Source of the DNA: Podarcis tiliguerta
Lineage: Eukaryota
Direction: 5' to 3' (one strand)
Length of the DNA: 64,000 bases
Assembly (NCBI GenBank): GCA_965153285.1
Contig: OZ229121.1
How positions within the stretch are numbered: the stretch's first letter is position 1; each line of letters opens with the position of its first letter. The notes beneath the pieces are model-generated. The model worked only from the letters and a program-made list of their open reading frames with translations, was not told where the DNA came from and did no database searches. This document shows, in pieces, positions 1 through 13,460 of the stretch. The position numbers were made by a program, and so were the translations under genes.

Positions 1-728
1 GAACCATGAACCATATTTCAGAGTTGGAAGAATTCATGCTTAAGTAGGAAGGCAGAGTGTTCCTAAATTCTAAAAAATGCAGCTGCCCTAAGAGGCAGCA
101 TGTTCACATCCAGCTGAAAGATCAAAGTCCAGGAAGAGCGACTAGAATTATATTCAGACCACCTCTGGATATGAAATTGGACTCAAGAGTTTCCTTTGCA
201 AATAAAACAAGCTCAGTTTTCTGATTGGTGATGCCTTTGTGAAGGAAGTTCAGTTTAGGACACAAAGAGGGACAAGGAAAACAAATGATTAACAAAATCT
301 GGAAACAGCTGTACCACTGAGAGTACGGAGAAAGTTGTGTGCCTAATGGATGTGCATACACAAGTGAACAAAAACAAGTTGACTTAAAAACAAATTAAAT
401 GAACAGCACTGTGTGAGAAACAGTGGAGGTTCTTTTCTTAGCCACCTACAGAGGAACTTGATGACACTTCTTAACTATAGAAATGTTGTCTGAAATGTAA
501 TCACATGATCGGAGCAGCTGAGTAAAGTTACACAATTTTACATAAAAGATAGCACAGGTGAAAGTGAAACCATTCAACCACAAAGGTTAGTGAAATTATC
601 TGGGTGTGGTGAAATATAGGTAACAGTAAAAGTAATAAAGAATTTATTGAAGGGATTACAAGAATGCTTCCTTCCTTCTTGAAACCTAGAGATGTTATTT
701 CGGAATCTGTTCCATTATTTCTTTCATA

Positions 729-993
729 CAGTGGTACCTCGCAAGACGAATGCCTCGGAAGACGAAAAACTCGCAAGACGAAAGAGTTTTTCGTTTTCTG
801 AGTTGCTTCGCAAGATGGATTTCCCTATGGGCTTGCTTCGCAAGACGAAACGTCTTGCGCCTTTTTTTTTTTTAACCGCCAATGCATTCCTATGGGAAAC
901 CGTCAATACGCAGTGGTGCTTCGCAAGACGAAAAAACTTGCAGAACAAAAAAACTCGCAGAACGAATTAATTTCGTCTTGCGAGGCACCACTG
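729..993 (+). mobile_element. Tc1/mariner (Tigger-like) MITE, family A (CAAGACG repeats)
   Basis: TA|CAGTGGTACCTCGCAAGACG...CGTCTTGCGAGGCACCACTG|TA; TIRs and TA TSD. Confidence 0.9.
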
Positions 994-1236
994 TATTTTC
1001 ATAGTGACTCGTGGAAAAGGATGATTGTTGGTAAAATCTGAGGAAGAAAGCAAATCGGCAGGGCTCATGGAGAGAATGAAAGTGGTTATGCAGGATGGCT
1101 CATAGAGTAATAAAATGGGGTGAAATTGAATGGTACAGAGCCATACATTTGAGAGCTATAAAAGTCATCTGCCGTGACAGATGCAGAATCAAATTCAAGC
1201 AGCTTTAGTCTTTCGAGGTGCTTAAAAACAACAGCA

Positions 1237-1592
1237 CAACTCAAAGTGTTGGTGCTGACCTTTAAAGCCCTAAACGGCCTCGGCCCTGTATACCTGATGG
1301 AGCGTCTCCACCCCCATCGTTCTGCCCGGGCACTGAGGTCCAGCGCTGAGGGCCTTCTGGCAATTCCCTCCCTGCAAGAAGTGAAGCTATGGGGAACCAG
1401 GCAGAGGGCCTTCTCAGTAGTGGCACCCACTCTGTGGAACACCCTCTCATCAGATATCAATGAGATGAATAACAATGTAACCTTTAGAAGACATCTGAAC
1501 GCAGCCTTGTGTAGTGAAACTTTTTAATGTTTTATTATGTTTTTATATATGTTGGCAACCACCCAGAGTGACTGGGGCAACCCAGTCAGAGA
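1237..1592 (+). mobile_element. L2 LINE 3' fragment
   Basis: KVLVLTFKALNGLGPVYL...RAFSVVAPTLWN motif. Confidence 0.88.
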
Positions 1593-2479
1593 TCATGATG
1601 ATTATATAGTTTTTCAGCACTAGATGAAATACAGTTTAGGGCAATATGGTGCTGTATTGCGTGGAGACCATCTTAGAATCTGTAATATTTACTCATGAAG
1701 CATGGTGTTTGAGAGGCATCACTGACCCCACTGGATATGGGTGCAAGGATAGAGAATGGATTTCCTTTACTTGAAACCTGACATTTTGAATTCAAAAAAT
1801 GAACTAGGAAATTGCATTTTTAAAAAATCTATCATAGAACGTGGGATCATCCAAGCTATAAACAGAAGTGGTTTAAGAGTAACTGGGTTATATCTGGAAG
1901 ATTTGAGGAGAATCTCAGCTTCAAAGAGCAATATAATTGTAATACTGCTAGCAACATTAATTACTTTAAATGCTGTGCCTTCTTTTTTAAAAAAGTTAAT
2001 TAAGCAGGTGACTCTCACAATGTGTGCAGAACATTGATGTAATGGACTGAAATCAATCCTGACCCTTCTTTCCTCCCAGAAGAAATCAATTACATGCTGG
2101 CAAACTCTGCCCCTCTGGTTTAAACTTCCAATGGCTCTACCTCTAGTAAATTAATTACTCTAATTACAAGTTCATTTTGGGTACACAGGATGTGAAAGAC
2201 AGACAGTCCACAATTTTGTGTTGGAATATTTAAAGCAATAGGCAGCCTTTACTATGAAAAGTAATTTCAGGTCAAAATTGCAATGTTCTATATATTTCTC
2301 ACAATTAGAAGCCCAAATATCCACACCACCACCCCAATTATGGAGAGGATGCAAGAGTTGAGTGCATATTAAAATAGAAGTGGCTGGCAACAAATTTTCG
2401 AATTGTTCTAACTTTCCCGCACTGCAACAATATGAAGCTAAGGAAGAATTTGAATGTTTAAATAACAAAGCCATTTGCA

Positions 2480-3206
2480 ATGTACAGATGGTATTTAACA
2501 CCAACTAAATTAGCCAAAATGTATCAAATGAGAAATAAGAATTGTTGGAAATATAATGTTAAAGAAGGAGATTTTTACCATAAGTGGTGGACTTGCAATA
2601 AAGTCAAAATATTCTGGGGAAATATATCTAATGAGTTTTAAAAAATGTTCAGATATACTTTCCCTAAAAAACCGGAGGCATTCTTGTTGGGGATGACCGG
2701 AGTGGAAATATTAAAAGCTGACCAGAAACTGTTTATGTATGCCACTACGGAAGCCAGAACCTTATTAGTCCCAAAGTGGAAACAGCAAAAATTACAGACA
2801 GTAGAGGAATGGCAGACGAAGATGATGGGACTACGCAGAATTGACAAAGCTGACGGGGAAAATCCAAAACCAGAGTGACCAAGCGTTCCAGGGAGAATGG
2901 AGTAAGTTTACTGAATATACAGACAATTATTATTAACATATAATGACACTAGCTGGACTGTGGTAAAGTTTGCAACATTTAAAAGAAGAAACTTTCTACT
3001 TGTGCTTTAAGTTTTAAATAACTTAAGTTAAATGTACAAGTTAGATGGTAGAAATGTGTGGTTTTAAGATGTGTTCTATCAAAACCAGATGACGGAACGG
3101 AGGGAAGTCAAAAGCTTGGTAGAGCTAAAAATTTGTAAAAGGTGATACGGTGTTATAATATTGTTAAGAATGGAAAATTAATAAAAACTATTATAAAATA
3201 AATAAA
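2480..3206 (+). mobile_element. L1-clade LINE 3' end
   Basis: KEGDFYHKWWTCNKVKIFW and PEAFLLG...FMYATT...WK motifs; A-rich tail; 21-bp TSD TAAATAACAAAGCCATTTGCA (2459-2479, 3207-3227). Confidence 0.88.
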
Positions 3207-3232
3207 TAAATAACAAAGCCATTTGCAGTACC

Positions 3233-3950
3233 ATAGAATTCTAGAGCTAGAATGAAACCCAAGGGACATCTAACCCAATCCCCTGTTTTGCAAGAATCTC
3301 AACTAAAGCATCCATGGTAGATAGGATAGCCATGCAATCTTGGCTTAAAAACCTCAAATGAATGAGAGTCCACAACCTCCTGACAGAGTCTGTTCTACCG
3401 TTGAAATGCTCTGTCTCTGTCAGAAAGGTTTTCCTGATGTTTAGTAGGAATCTCCTTCTTGTAACTTGAAGCCATTAGTTCTAGCCCTACACTCCAAAGT
3501 AGGAGAAAACAAGCTTGCTCCATCTTTCATATGACAGCCCTTCGGATATTTGAAGATGACTATCCTAGCTCCTCTCAGTCTCATCTTTTCCAGGCTAAAC
3601 ATACCCAGCTCCTTCAACCGTTCCTCATAAGGCTTGGTTTCCCTTCTCTGCACACATTCCAGCTTGTCAATATCCTTCTTAAACTGTGTTCTCCATAACT
3701 GGACACAGTATTCCAGGTATAGTCTGACCAAGGCAGAATAGAGTACCCTATTACTTCCCTTGGTCTGCACACTATACTTCTGTCAATGCAGCCTAGAACA
3801 GCATTAACTTTTTTGCTGCTGCATCACTGTTGACTTACGTTAAGCTTACTAAGCTTACTAAGACCCCTAGATCCTTTTCACATGTAGTACTGGTAAGCCA
3901 CCTGTCCCCCATCTTATATTTGTGCAGCTGGCTCTTCTTGCCTAAGTACA
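3233..3950 (-). mobile_element. CR1 LINE 3' fragment, decayed
   Basis: [17 protein letters not shown]...[15 protein letters not shown]; CR1 tail. Confidence 0.9.
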
Positions 3951-5696
3951 CAGAAAAATCATACTTGTACCCTAACTTCTGCAATTTATTTTCAAGTCTG
4001 ATGTCTTCCACTTCCTTTGCTCCATTGCAGTTTCCTATTTGCTTCAAACAGCCACACAATTGTTTCTTTCCCTGATCTGGTGCCCTTCAGGCTACAACCG
4101 CCATTAGTCGCAGATATCACAGCCAACGGTCATGATGGGAGCATCATCCGGACAGCACCAGGCTGAAGAAGGCTGCCTGAGGGCCCAGGAACCTTCAGTA
4201 ATAGGGTTTGATACAGCACAGGAAGACAAAAATCCAAAACTCCCTGTGCGTAAGAGGTGCCAAGCCTTCCAAATAGTTTGGCAAGCACCTTCTGTGTACT
4301 ATCCAAATATATAAAGATGATAGATTCCCAAAAACAACTGGTGTGGTCAAGCTAGTGTCACGAAGCAGCTGAGCGGAGAATCTAGAATTGTGGAACTCAA
4401 ATCTTGAGTCAGTCTTGCTGCAACATGCGCTCAACCTCAGTATTATGGGGATACCATAGGAACCAACTCCCAGCCCAAGGTCCCTTTGCCACCTCTCCTC
4501 TCCCCAAATAAAATATACCGTATGAGGGGGCCAAGCACCTCCAAAGTTGATGGGCAGTGCCACTCAAATGCTGTGTGTGTGTGCCATGTCTTGCAATTGA
4601 TTATGTGGGGCTCCCAATATTTTATTCAAGTTGGCACTTCTAATACTAATCTACTACACTGTGGGCTAATTCAAATAATTTTATCTGTCTTATGTGAATT
4701 CAACCTGTGGCTATTTTAGGGCTTAAAAACACAATGTATATTATTTTTGATCTACCTAGCAGTCGTATATACATGCAAGGCATTACTGAACTAAATGCAA
4801 AGTGATTCTTAAAGTGAGAGATTCAATCTTTAAATTAAACACATGCTATTAAAATGTCATTCTGCTTCCCCTTCCCATGTTTCCTCATAAATCACCTGGG
4901 CATTGAGGTCAAGCCATTTTTAAAAAAGAGAATTGTGTGGTACTGTTTTGTTATCGGTGTTCAATCCACAGTTTGCAGTCACCAAGATTCTGCCTTCCCT
5001 GCCAGGCTGGAGCTGGTGGGGCAGGCAGATGGAGCACATTAGTAATGCAGAGCCAAAGTAAAAGAAACCCCAAAGCATCTCAGACAGGAGCAGTTCTAAC
5101 TCCATAAACTTGTCCCACATCTCTGACTTGGAGCTTTGACCTTGTGCTTTCAAGGCACTCCAAGCACCTTGGAAGCATCCAGTCAAGTTGGCAGGCTTTG
5201 GTTCCCCTCTTGAGTGCCAATATTCGGAGTTCCAAAAGTCCAGGCCTTGTCAGAGGACAGCAGAACATTAATCATAGTGAGCATGAGCAAGAACAACATT
5301 GTGAGCCCCTTTTGATACAAAGTCCCATGTTGCTGACCACTGTTCAAAATTAGCCAGGCGCCAGGCGCATTTTGCACCTAGCATTTTGCACTAGTGACCA
5401 GGTGAAGATGCCTGGGTGCGTGGATAGCACCTGACATCTCCACCATCTGGAGATCCATGCCTGGGGCTCACTGGATCTTGACTGTTTTCACACACTAATG
5501 CCCCATCCTGTAGAATTCTATCAGTTATATTTTATCTGTGTGATTGGAATGAATTTCAGGAACCAAAATGGTTTTTTCTGTGCAGCCTGAGCAGGAGCAG
5601 TCACCATTTAGAAAAGAGGTCAGAAAAGGTCAATATATATGTGGGCTGTCCCTGGATCAAGTGACTTTTCTTCTTTAAGTTCTCAAAGCTCTTAAC

Positions 5697-5948
5697 CAGG
5701 GGTCAGCAAACTTTTTCAGCAGGGGGCCGGTCCACTGTCCCTCAGACTTTGTGAGGGGCTGGACTGTATTTTGAAAAAAAATATATGAATGAATTCCTAT
5801 GCCCCACAAATCACCCAGAGATGCATTTTAAATAAATGGACACATTCTACTCATGTAAAAACACACCGATTCCCAGACCGTCTGTGAGCCGGATTTAGAA
5901 GGTGATTGGGCCGGATCCAGTCCCTGGGCCTTAGTTTGCCTACCCATG
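5697..5948 (+). mobile_element. hAT MITE
   Basis: CAGGGGTCAGCAAAC...GTTTGCCTACCCATG with perfect 8-bp TSD CTCTTAAC (5689-5696, 5949-5956). Confidence 0.9.
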
Positions 5949-7039
5949 CTCTTAACCTAGCTCAAGGTTGTCATCTGAACTAGCCAGATGTTTAATGGAT
6001 AATCAATCACAGACAGTCCATCATTTGAAAAATAAGACTTTAGAGCTGTCTTACCCCAAAATGGCAACTAGACATTCCATTTTGGCATGTGTAACCTTGG
6101 TTTAAGGAGCCATTTGGTGCTTAGTTTATATACCTGAGTTTCTAACACTGTTGCTGACATTATGACTGTTAACTTGAACACGAATGAACTTTGAAGACAT
6201 CTGGCATGCAACTGATATCTGAAATAGTCCCCGGTTTTGCAACTAATCAATGCACTTAAGGGCAAGAACTGTCTGCCAGATGTGCATACTGGATTCAAAT
6301 AGCAGTGACCTTAAACACAAGACTATAAGTGGTGACCTTGATGCAGTCCTAGCCCATCTGCCAAGTCCTTGAGTCATGTTTTGCAGAAGGTTAGTAAAAT
6401 ATGCCAACAGATGACAAGCAACTTTTCACGTGTGTGTATGCTTGGGCGTAGGGTGTGAGGCTCAAAGACAGGACAGAGCATGATACCATGCGTGAACACA
6501 CCATTATATTTCCTTCTCCGAAAGATAAAATCTTCTGCATGACCTTCACTGGAGAAACAAAAACAACGAGAATATTCTCAATGGCTTTTTATGGAATATA
6601 GCACTGTCCCAGTCATTGTAGCTCCTCAGAGCAAATGCTAAGCAATGCTATAAATAGCTCTTCCCTCGTGCGAGGCTCATATTCTATTAAGCAGGCACTG
6701 TCAGCTACTTCCGTCTTTGGCTCTGTAGAAATTACTCCCCGTTTCAAAACCCCGGACACCTTCAAAACAACTGGAAAACCTAAAACCATTAAAGTGATTT
6801 CCAGCCAGGTTTGTGGCCTATTCTGTTCAGTTAAAAGCACATCAGCTCCATTCAGCGAGCCACAGACATGAAAAGCAATATATCCCCTTTACATAGCAGA
6901 AAAGTGTGGTACAAGCAGTAGCTGCGACGAGTGGGACAAAATTAAGCATTTTGATGTGGTGATGGGTATAAGATAACTGCAGCAGTGTTCAAGTCAAAGG
7001 GTTATCAAACATGGTTCAAGGAACTGGAAATATCAAGAT

Positions 7040-7716
7040 CTTATTTATTTTTATTTTTGACAGAAATATTTATACACTATTATTCATAAAAAATCAGCAG
7101 TCTGCAACAATTCTACATAAAATAAAAACATAAACCCCCTCTCTCCCTCTATATATATCATGATATACCTATCATTGAAAGATGTATTCTTAACTGCCTG
7201 CATAAGCATGACAGAATTTTTTTCAGCAAGTATTTAGAAGCCGAAACACAAGGCGCCTGCTGAATCTCTGCTGGCAGACTTATTCCAGAAGACTGGGCCG
7301 AAGACACGAAAGGCTTGGTTTCTTGTTGCTGTCAAATGAGCCTTGCCAACTAGGGGAATGGCCAACAAGGCTCCTGCAGATAGAATCATAGAATCTTAGG
7401 GTCATCTAGTCCAACCTCCTGCAATGAGATGATCTCAGTGACTTAGCTGGGACAAATCAGGGTTCAGTCAGTCGCTAAGGTACCCTGGGCCTAAGATGTT
7501 CAGGGCTTTGTATATTAATACAAGGACCTTGAAGATGGCTCAGTAGTAGATGGGCAGCCAGTGCAGATGTTTTAAAAATGGTGTTGCATCACTCTGGCCG
7601 CCGCATTCTTCACCAGTCATAGCTTTCAAACCAGGCCCAAGGGCAGCCCCACACAGAGTGCACTGCAGTAATCCAGCCTCAAGGTTACCAACCTATGGAC
7701 CACAGTGGTCAGGCTG
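7040..7716 (-). mobile_element. L2 LINE fragment interrupted by a short CR1 tail (~7379-7428)
   Basis: Minus-strand RLDYC/LHWLP-like sequence; inserted ATAGAATC...TAGTCCAACC piece. Confidence 0.7.
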
Positions 7717-7935
7717 AATCTTTACTGAATAAAATACACTCTACATATGCATTTCACTAATGCTGCATTATGGTTGTGGATGTCAGAAATATTCTGCAAG
7801 CATACAGATGGAAGGGGAAAACGAAAGCCACGTGGAGAACACAATGAATGAGAGAGAAGGAAACTGGGTGGCATGTGACCAGGGTCAGGGAAGGTAGAAT
7901 CACAGGACTTCACTCCTGGCACATCAGAACAACAC

Positions 7936-8305
7936 TGGAGCAAGTAGCGCTGTGGTCTAAACCGCTGAGCCTCTTGGGCTTGCCGAATGGAAGGTCGGCG
8001 GTTTGAATCCCCGCGACAGGGTGAGCTCCTGTTGCTCTGTCCCAACTCCTGCCAACCTAGCAGTTCGAAAGCACACCAGCGCAAGTAGATAAATAAGTAC
8101 CGCTCCAGCAGGAAAGTAAACAGTGTTTCCGTGCGCTCTGGTTTCCGTCCAGAAGTGGTTTAGTCCTGCTGGCCGCATGACCCGGAAAGCTGTCTGTTGA
8201 GAAATACCAGCTCCCTTGTCCTGAAAGCGAGAGGAGCACCACAACCCCATAGTTGCCTTTGACTGGACTTAACCGTCCAGGGGTCCTTTACCTTTTTACC
8301 TTTTA
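7936..8305 (+). mobile_element. Sauria SINE, full length
   Basis: GCTGTGGTCTAAACC...GGTTTGAATCCC head, ACCTTT tail; 26-bp TSD (7910-7935, 8306-8331; 1 mismatch). Confidence 0.88.
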
Positions 8306-8951
8306 TCACTCCTGGCACATCATAACAACACCAAACTTCAATTTGTACACCTTCTGGGTGGCTTTATTTGTGACTATAAAACAATCAGATGGCTACAGCA
8401 GCTGGAATCTTATCTACTGATAAAGTTAAGTGTAAATGAAAGTGGGATGCAGCTTTGGATTGAGAGCAGCTGAATGCCAGTATGAAAGCTCTTTTAATTT
8501 TAAAAATGCCGCTGCCAAGTATTGTGCTTATGTTATTTTACTGAAGCGACCGTTTGCAGAGCACCAGAGAGATTTGTTTTCACCCACATTTCTCGAGTTG
8601 GAATAACAGCGTACACAGTATGTAGGCTTTGGTTCTTAGAAGTGTGTCATACCATGACTAATCAACCAGATGGATAAAATATCCTGGGCACAGATGTGCT
8701 CTAGGCTTTTATGTCATGAAGAGATCATGCACCATTGTGTACGTGTCACTGGACACTTAAAGTTGAAATGATGGGCGCTTTCAAGGAAAAGCAGCGCTGT
8801 ATTAATGAATTCCTACAGAAGGTCAAGTGGTCCAATTTAGAGATGGTGCCTTCAGATTGTTAGTCCTGCTTTTTTAATATATATTTTTTAAAACACCAGC
8901 TGTCAAATCCTGGCTTACCTTTACATCCATTCCAGGTCAGAATGAACTGTG

Positions 8952-8953
<2 letters not shown>

Positions 8954-9009
<56 letters not shown>
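8954..9009. repeat. (CT)n(CA)n compound microsatellite
   Basis: Read directly. Confidence 0.95.
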
Positions 9010-9506
9010 GTTCTTGATACAGGAATTTGTACAGTAGGGAAAGGGACACTTTTATTTAAAAATAATAATATCCAGCATGTTGTTGTTGTTGTTAGAGAGA
9101 AGGTAATGGGTAGTTGGGTAACTGACTGAAAGTAGCTCAACTGCTCAGTGCAGTAAAAAAGAGAAGGGGAAAAACCACTACGTACCGGTAGTTTCCTATG
9201 AATGTGTGGGGTACAAATTGGGTGTCATATTGAATCATGTTCAGTGGCACCCAGCGGTTTGATTCAGAAGTTAGACCTCTACAGATCATGGTTTGTCTTT
9301 CAAACATGCAGCCAAACCATTGCTTGGGCAGCTTCCCTCTTCCCTGACCTCTCTCAAGATGTCCCAAATGCTACCCCAAACAGTGACCCTGCCAGAGTAG
9401 AAATGGTTTCCTGGTTCAGATGTAATGCCAAACCCCACTTTAACTTGTGGCTTGGTGCTTGGTGCTAAATCTGAATGCAGTAGTAATTGCTAAATGCTAA
9501 CTTGAA

Positions 9507-9779
9507 CAGGGTCAGCCCAATACGCTTTAATACTTGAGGTAATAGAAAAAAATGGTGCCTCGCCCCTGTTGCTGCCAATGTCTGAGGCACATCAAAGGCA
9601 GTTGGGGGTGGAAGAGGCCAAAGAGGAGCAGGTGGTGGCTCCACCCTTCCCAGGCGGCACATGGGCAAGAAGCACATGTGGTGCGCTCCTGGGGCCCCAG
9701 ATCTGTCACCCTTCCCAGCTGTCCTCAGCCTGCTGCCCGAGGCGACTGCCTCACTGTGCCTAATGGGTGGGCTGGCCTG
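9507..9779. mobile_element. hAT-type non-autonomous element
   Basis: CAGGGTCAGCCCA...TGGGCTGGCCTG termini; perfect 8-bp TSD AACTTGAA. Confidence 0.82.
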
Positions 9780-11075
9780 AACTTGAACCACCACCACAAA
9801 TTGTTCCTATTTAATTTTAGCCCTACACAACAAAAGCACTCCTGCACTTTTAGAAAACAATACAAGATAGAACCGTATGCCCTACTATATGCTATTCAGA
9901 ATCTTGCCCTACAATTATCCTGAACCCATTACATTAGAGTAAATATGAGAAATAGAACTAATAATGGGAGATTAACTTCAGTTTTGTGCAATAAAATGTT
10001 TACGGGCACTGAGAATATGAGGTTGTGCTTTATGGCCAGGTCAGCTTACAATCATTGATACCCTGACCTGCCAGGAGGCTTCTGGGCTAATGCAGAAACC
10101 CCAAAACATGGGCAGAAGTCTCCGCCCTATATTATATGCAGCCTTAATTTAGTGGTCCTGTTACATGTGCTGACAATGTGATCAACAAGCAATTGTAGTA
10201 AAAAGTAATCCCAAGCACAACCAGCTAGGGTTTTACACTCATTTCACACTCATTCTCGGCACTAGTCTCTAATAGAAGCTCTAAGCACACACTTACAGGG
10301 GCAAGAAAGTATTTGATTTTGGAAGTATGATGGGAGATTACATTACAGTTAAATTAGGCTGCCAAGAAAACTGAGTGGATTGCGGGGGGATATATGTTCT
10401 GAATGGCATTGGCCAGGGTTATTTCTTCTCTTTCCCTCCCCTTTCCAGGTACTGCACATCTGATTGAGGGTTTAGCTTTACCACTTTTAGTCTCTCTCTC
10501 TCCCTCTCTCTCTTTAAGTGCTCATTATTGATTTTAGTCTCTGCCCCTCCTTTCAATCCATTATTTTCATAGTCCCATCAAACCTTTCAAAAATAACTTC
10601 CTAGTAAAGCATGTGCATACACACTGAATCTCAAAAGGGAAGAATTTCAATTGCACAGCAACCTTCAATTAATAAGAGTTCCACAGGCCATAAGCTTTCT
10701 GCCCAACCTGCATCCTTCAGACGGGCAGAAGTACTCTTAAGATGCCAGAGTCCTCTATTTGATGGGTTGTCCAGTTTGAAAGGTAAGAGAACCATAAGAA
10801 GGGAAAGCAGGAGGGGTCTTGTAGTCACCCAACAACAGTGAACACCTGAGCAGCAGATTGAGCAGGCAGAAGGTGGCAACAGGAGAACAGGGTTTTTTGT
10901 GGAATGCTCTCCCCAGAGAGGAATGCCTGGCATCATCATTGTATCTGTTTAACTGACAGGCAAAACATTGCTCTTTACCAAGACTTCAGCCATTAAATAA
11001 TCTGTGGCCTGTTAAAGCTGTGGGTGGGTGGAGACGGCTATTAGGATTATTTTATTATTATGCTATCTATTACTA

Positions 11076-11691
11076 AACTCCAGCGGGTACAGAATGCTGC
11101 AGCGAGGCTCCTCACGGGGTCTCTGCCATGGGAGCATATTCACCCAGTGCTTTTCAAGCTGCACTGGCTCCCGGTGGAGTACAGGGTCAGATTTAAGGTG
11201 CTGCTTTTGACCTTTAAAGCCCTTCATGGCCTAGGACCCTCGTACCTACGGGACCGCCTCTCCTGGTATGCCCCACGGAGAGCCTCAAGGTCCATAAATA
11301 ACAACACCCTAGTGGTCCCAGGCCCTAAGGAAGTTAGATTGGCTTCAACCAGAGCCAGGGCCTTTTCAGCTCTGGCTCCGGCCTGGTGGAACGCTCTGCC
11401 TCATGAGACCAGGGCCCTGCAGGATCTGATTTCTTTCCGCAGGGCCTGTCAGACAGAGTTGTTCTGCCTGGCCTTTGGCTTGGAGCCAATTTGATTCCCT
11501 CCCTCCCTCTCTTTCTTTTTTCTTTCCCTTCTCCTCCTGCGATGAGGCTACATTTTAATATTTTAATGTTCCATTATTTTAATGTTGTATTTTACTTTTG
11601 TTTTTAATTTGTAATCATTCATCTTGTTTTTATTATTGCTTGTAAGCCGCTCTGAGCCCGGCCTTGGCTGGGGAGGGCGGGGTATAAATAA

Positions 11692-11742
<51 letters not shown>
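11076..11742 (+). mobile_element. L2 LINE 3' end with (TTA)n tail
   Basis: LQRVQNAAARLL...LHWLPV...TFKALHGLGPSYL ORF; tail ends in (TTA)n at 11693-11742. Confidence 0.93.
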
Positions 11743-11743
<1 letters not shown>

Positions 11744-11925
11744 TTTTAATATTGCGCTCTGTAAAATGTTTTCTTAATGTTGTACACTGCCCTGATATAT
11801 TTTGATACAGGGCAGTATATAAATCGAACAAATTATAAAAATAAACAACCAAGACTAACAGCCTTATCATCCTTTAAAGTGTGTAATCTGTACAAGAGCT
11901 GTACAGGTTAGGGCCATCACTTGTA

Positions 11926-12167
11926 CAGTGGTACCTCAGGTTAAGTACTTAATTCGTTCCGGAGGTCCGTTCTTAACCTGAAACTGTTCTTAACCTGAAG
12001 CAGCACTTTAGCTAATGGGGCCTCCTGCTGCTGCTGCGCCACCAGAGCACGATTTCTGTTCTCATCCTGAAGCAAAGTTCTTAACCTGAAGCACTATTTC
12101 TGGGTTAGCGGAGTCTGTAACCTGAAGCATATGTAACCTGAAGCATATGTAACCCGAGGTACCACTG
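11926..12167 (+). mobile_element. Tc1/mariner MITE family B (AACCTGAAG repeats)
   Basis: TA|CAGTGGTACCTC...GAGGTACCACTG|TA. Confidence 0.9.
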
Positions 12168-13203
12168 TAGTAACAAATGCCATAGTTTAACTATGATGCT
12201 GTGTTAAACAGCAATCCTCTTGTCTGTCACCTAGGCTGGACATGCTCTGAGCTTACAGGGAACGAGATCAGGAACTAAGGGATTTCACCTTTAGTTATAT
12301 CTGTGATAAAAGTTTTTATATAGTGAGACACTCTCAGACCTACCCTTTCACACTATAGCTATGTAAGAAAATTTTGGTTTCAATTTGTTGTACTTATTTT
12401 AGCTGATGCAATTTGATCTTCATAAATTTGCATATGAGAAAACTAATCATTCTAAAAGAAAAAGACATGCTATAATTTTTTTTTAATGGGACACATTTAG
12501 GTTGCAACAGTCATTTTATTCAAAGAGACTCAAACAAGGAGACAATGCCTTCCATGGAGTGATTGCAGCCTAGATTTTTATTAACTACTTGTCCTATTTT
12601 TTCCCCTTTTTACAGGTTTAAAAGATGCTGCTCAGTCATTTGGAAGTAGTTTTCAGTTCATAAAAGGTTTTCTAAATAATTGATCCAACTGATTAATTTA
12701 GTAAACACTGCAGCCTTAAAAGCTAGACCATAAATGCAAAAATGAGTCATTGATGTAGTTCCTTCAATTCACCAGCTGATAATAGGTAAAGTAGCAATTG
12801 GAAAGGGTGGGGTTCCCCATTCTGAGGGCTCTCTTGCCACAGTCTAAATGCGTGCATCTAAACTGCTTGGAAATATGACTTCACTTTCACCAGTCTCTTT
12901 TGTTCCATCTGAACTGGCTTCTTACAGCCCCAATCTCGGCCAGGACTTTGTCAGTGACTCCAGGGAAGAAGTAGACGCCAGTCCTGCAAATGCTAAAAAT
13001 AGCCCCTTTGCTAGAAAGGCATGAACATTATCACCAAAAGACAGTCATGCTAACTTGGGAACAGCCCAGCAGGCCTAGATGAAAGCACTGTACACGGGTT
13101 GGGGAAGGAGGGTGAAAACTTTTCTCTAATGCCTGAAGAAACATGGAAGCATAATGAGGTGCTAGATCCCACAAAACACAGAAAACGGGGGGGGGGGGAA
13201 TTA

Positions 13204-13460
13204 CCGTATTTTTCACTCTGTAAGATGCACCAGACCACAAGACGCACCTAGTTTTTGGAGGAGGAAAATAAGAAAAAAAATATCCTGAATCTCAGAAGCC
13301 AGAACAGCAAGAGGGATCGCTGCGCAGTGAAAGCAGCAATCCCTCTTGCTGTTCTGGCTTCTGGGATAGCTGCGCAGCCTGCATTCGCTCCATAAGACAC
13401 ACACATTTCCCCTTACTTTTTAGGAGGGAAAAAGTGAGTCTTATAGAGCAAAAAATACGG
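13204..13460. mobile_element. Tc2/pogo-like MITE (CCGTATTTTT TIR)
   Basis: TA|CCGTATTTTTC...AAAAAATACGG|TA; internal hairpin ~13293-13362. Confidence 0.85.

Noticed and set aside
692-970. Recurrent VVPRKTNAS ORFs and spaced CAAGACG repeats (CRISPR-like look)
   Set aside because: Internal repeats of a TA-flanked MITE; eukaryotic context, no regular spacers or cas genes.
8919-8930. ATGGATGTAAAG|gtaagc mini-exon on the minus strand
   Set aside because: Strong donor only; phase 0, with no supporting acceptor or promoter.
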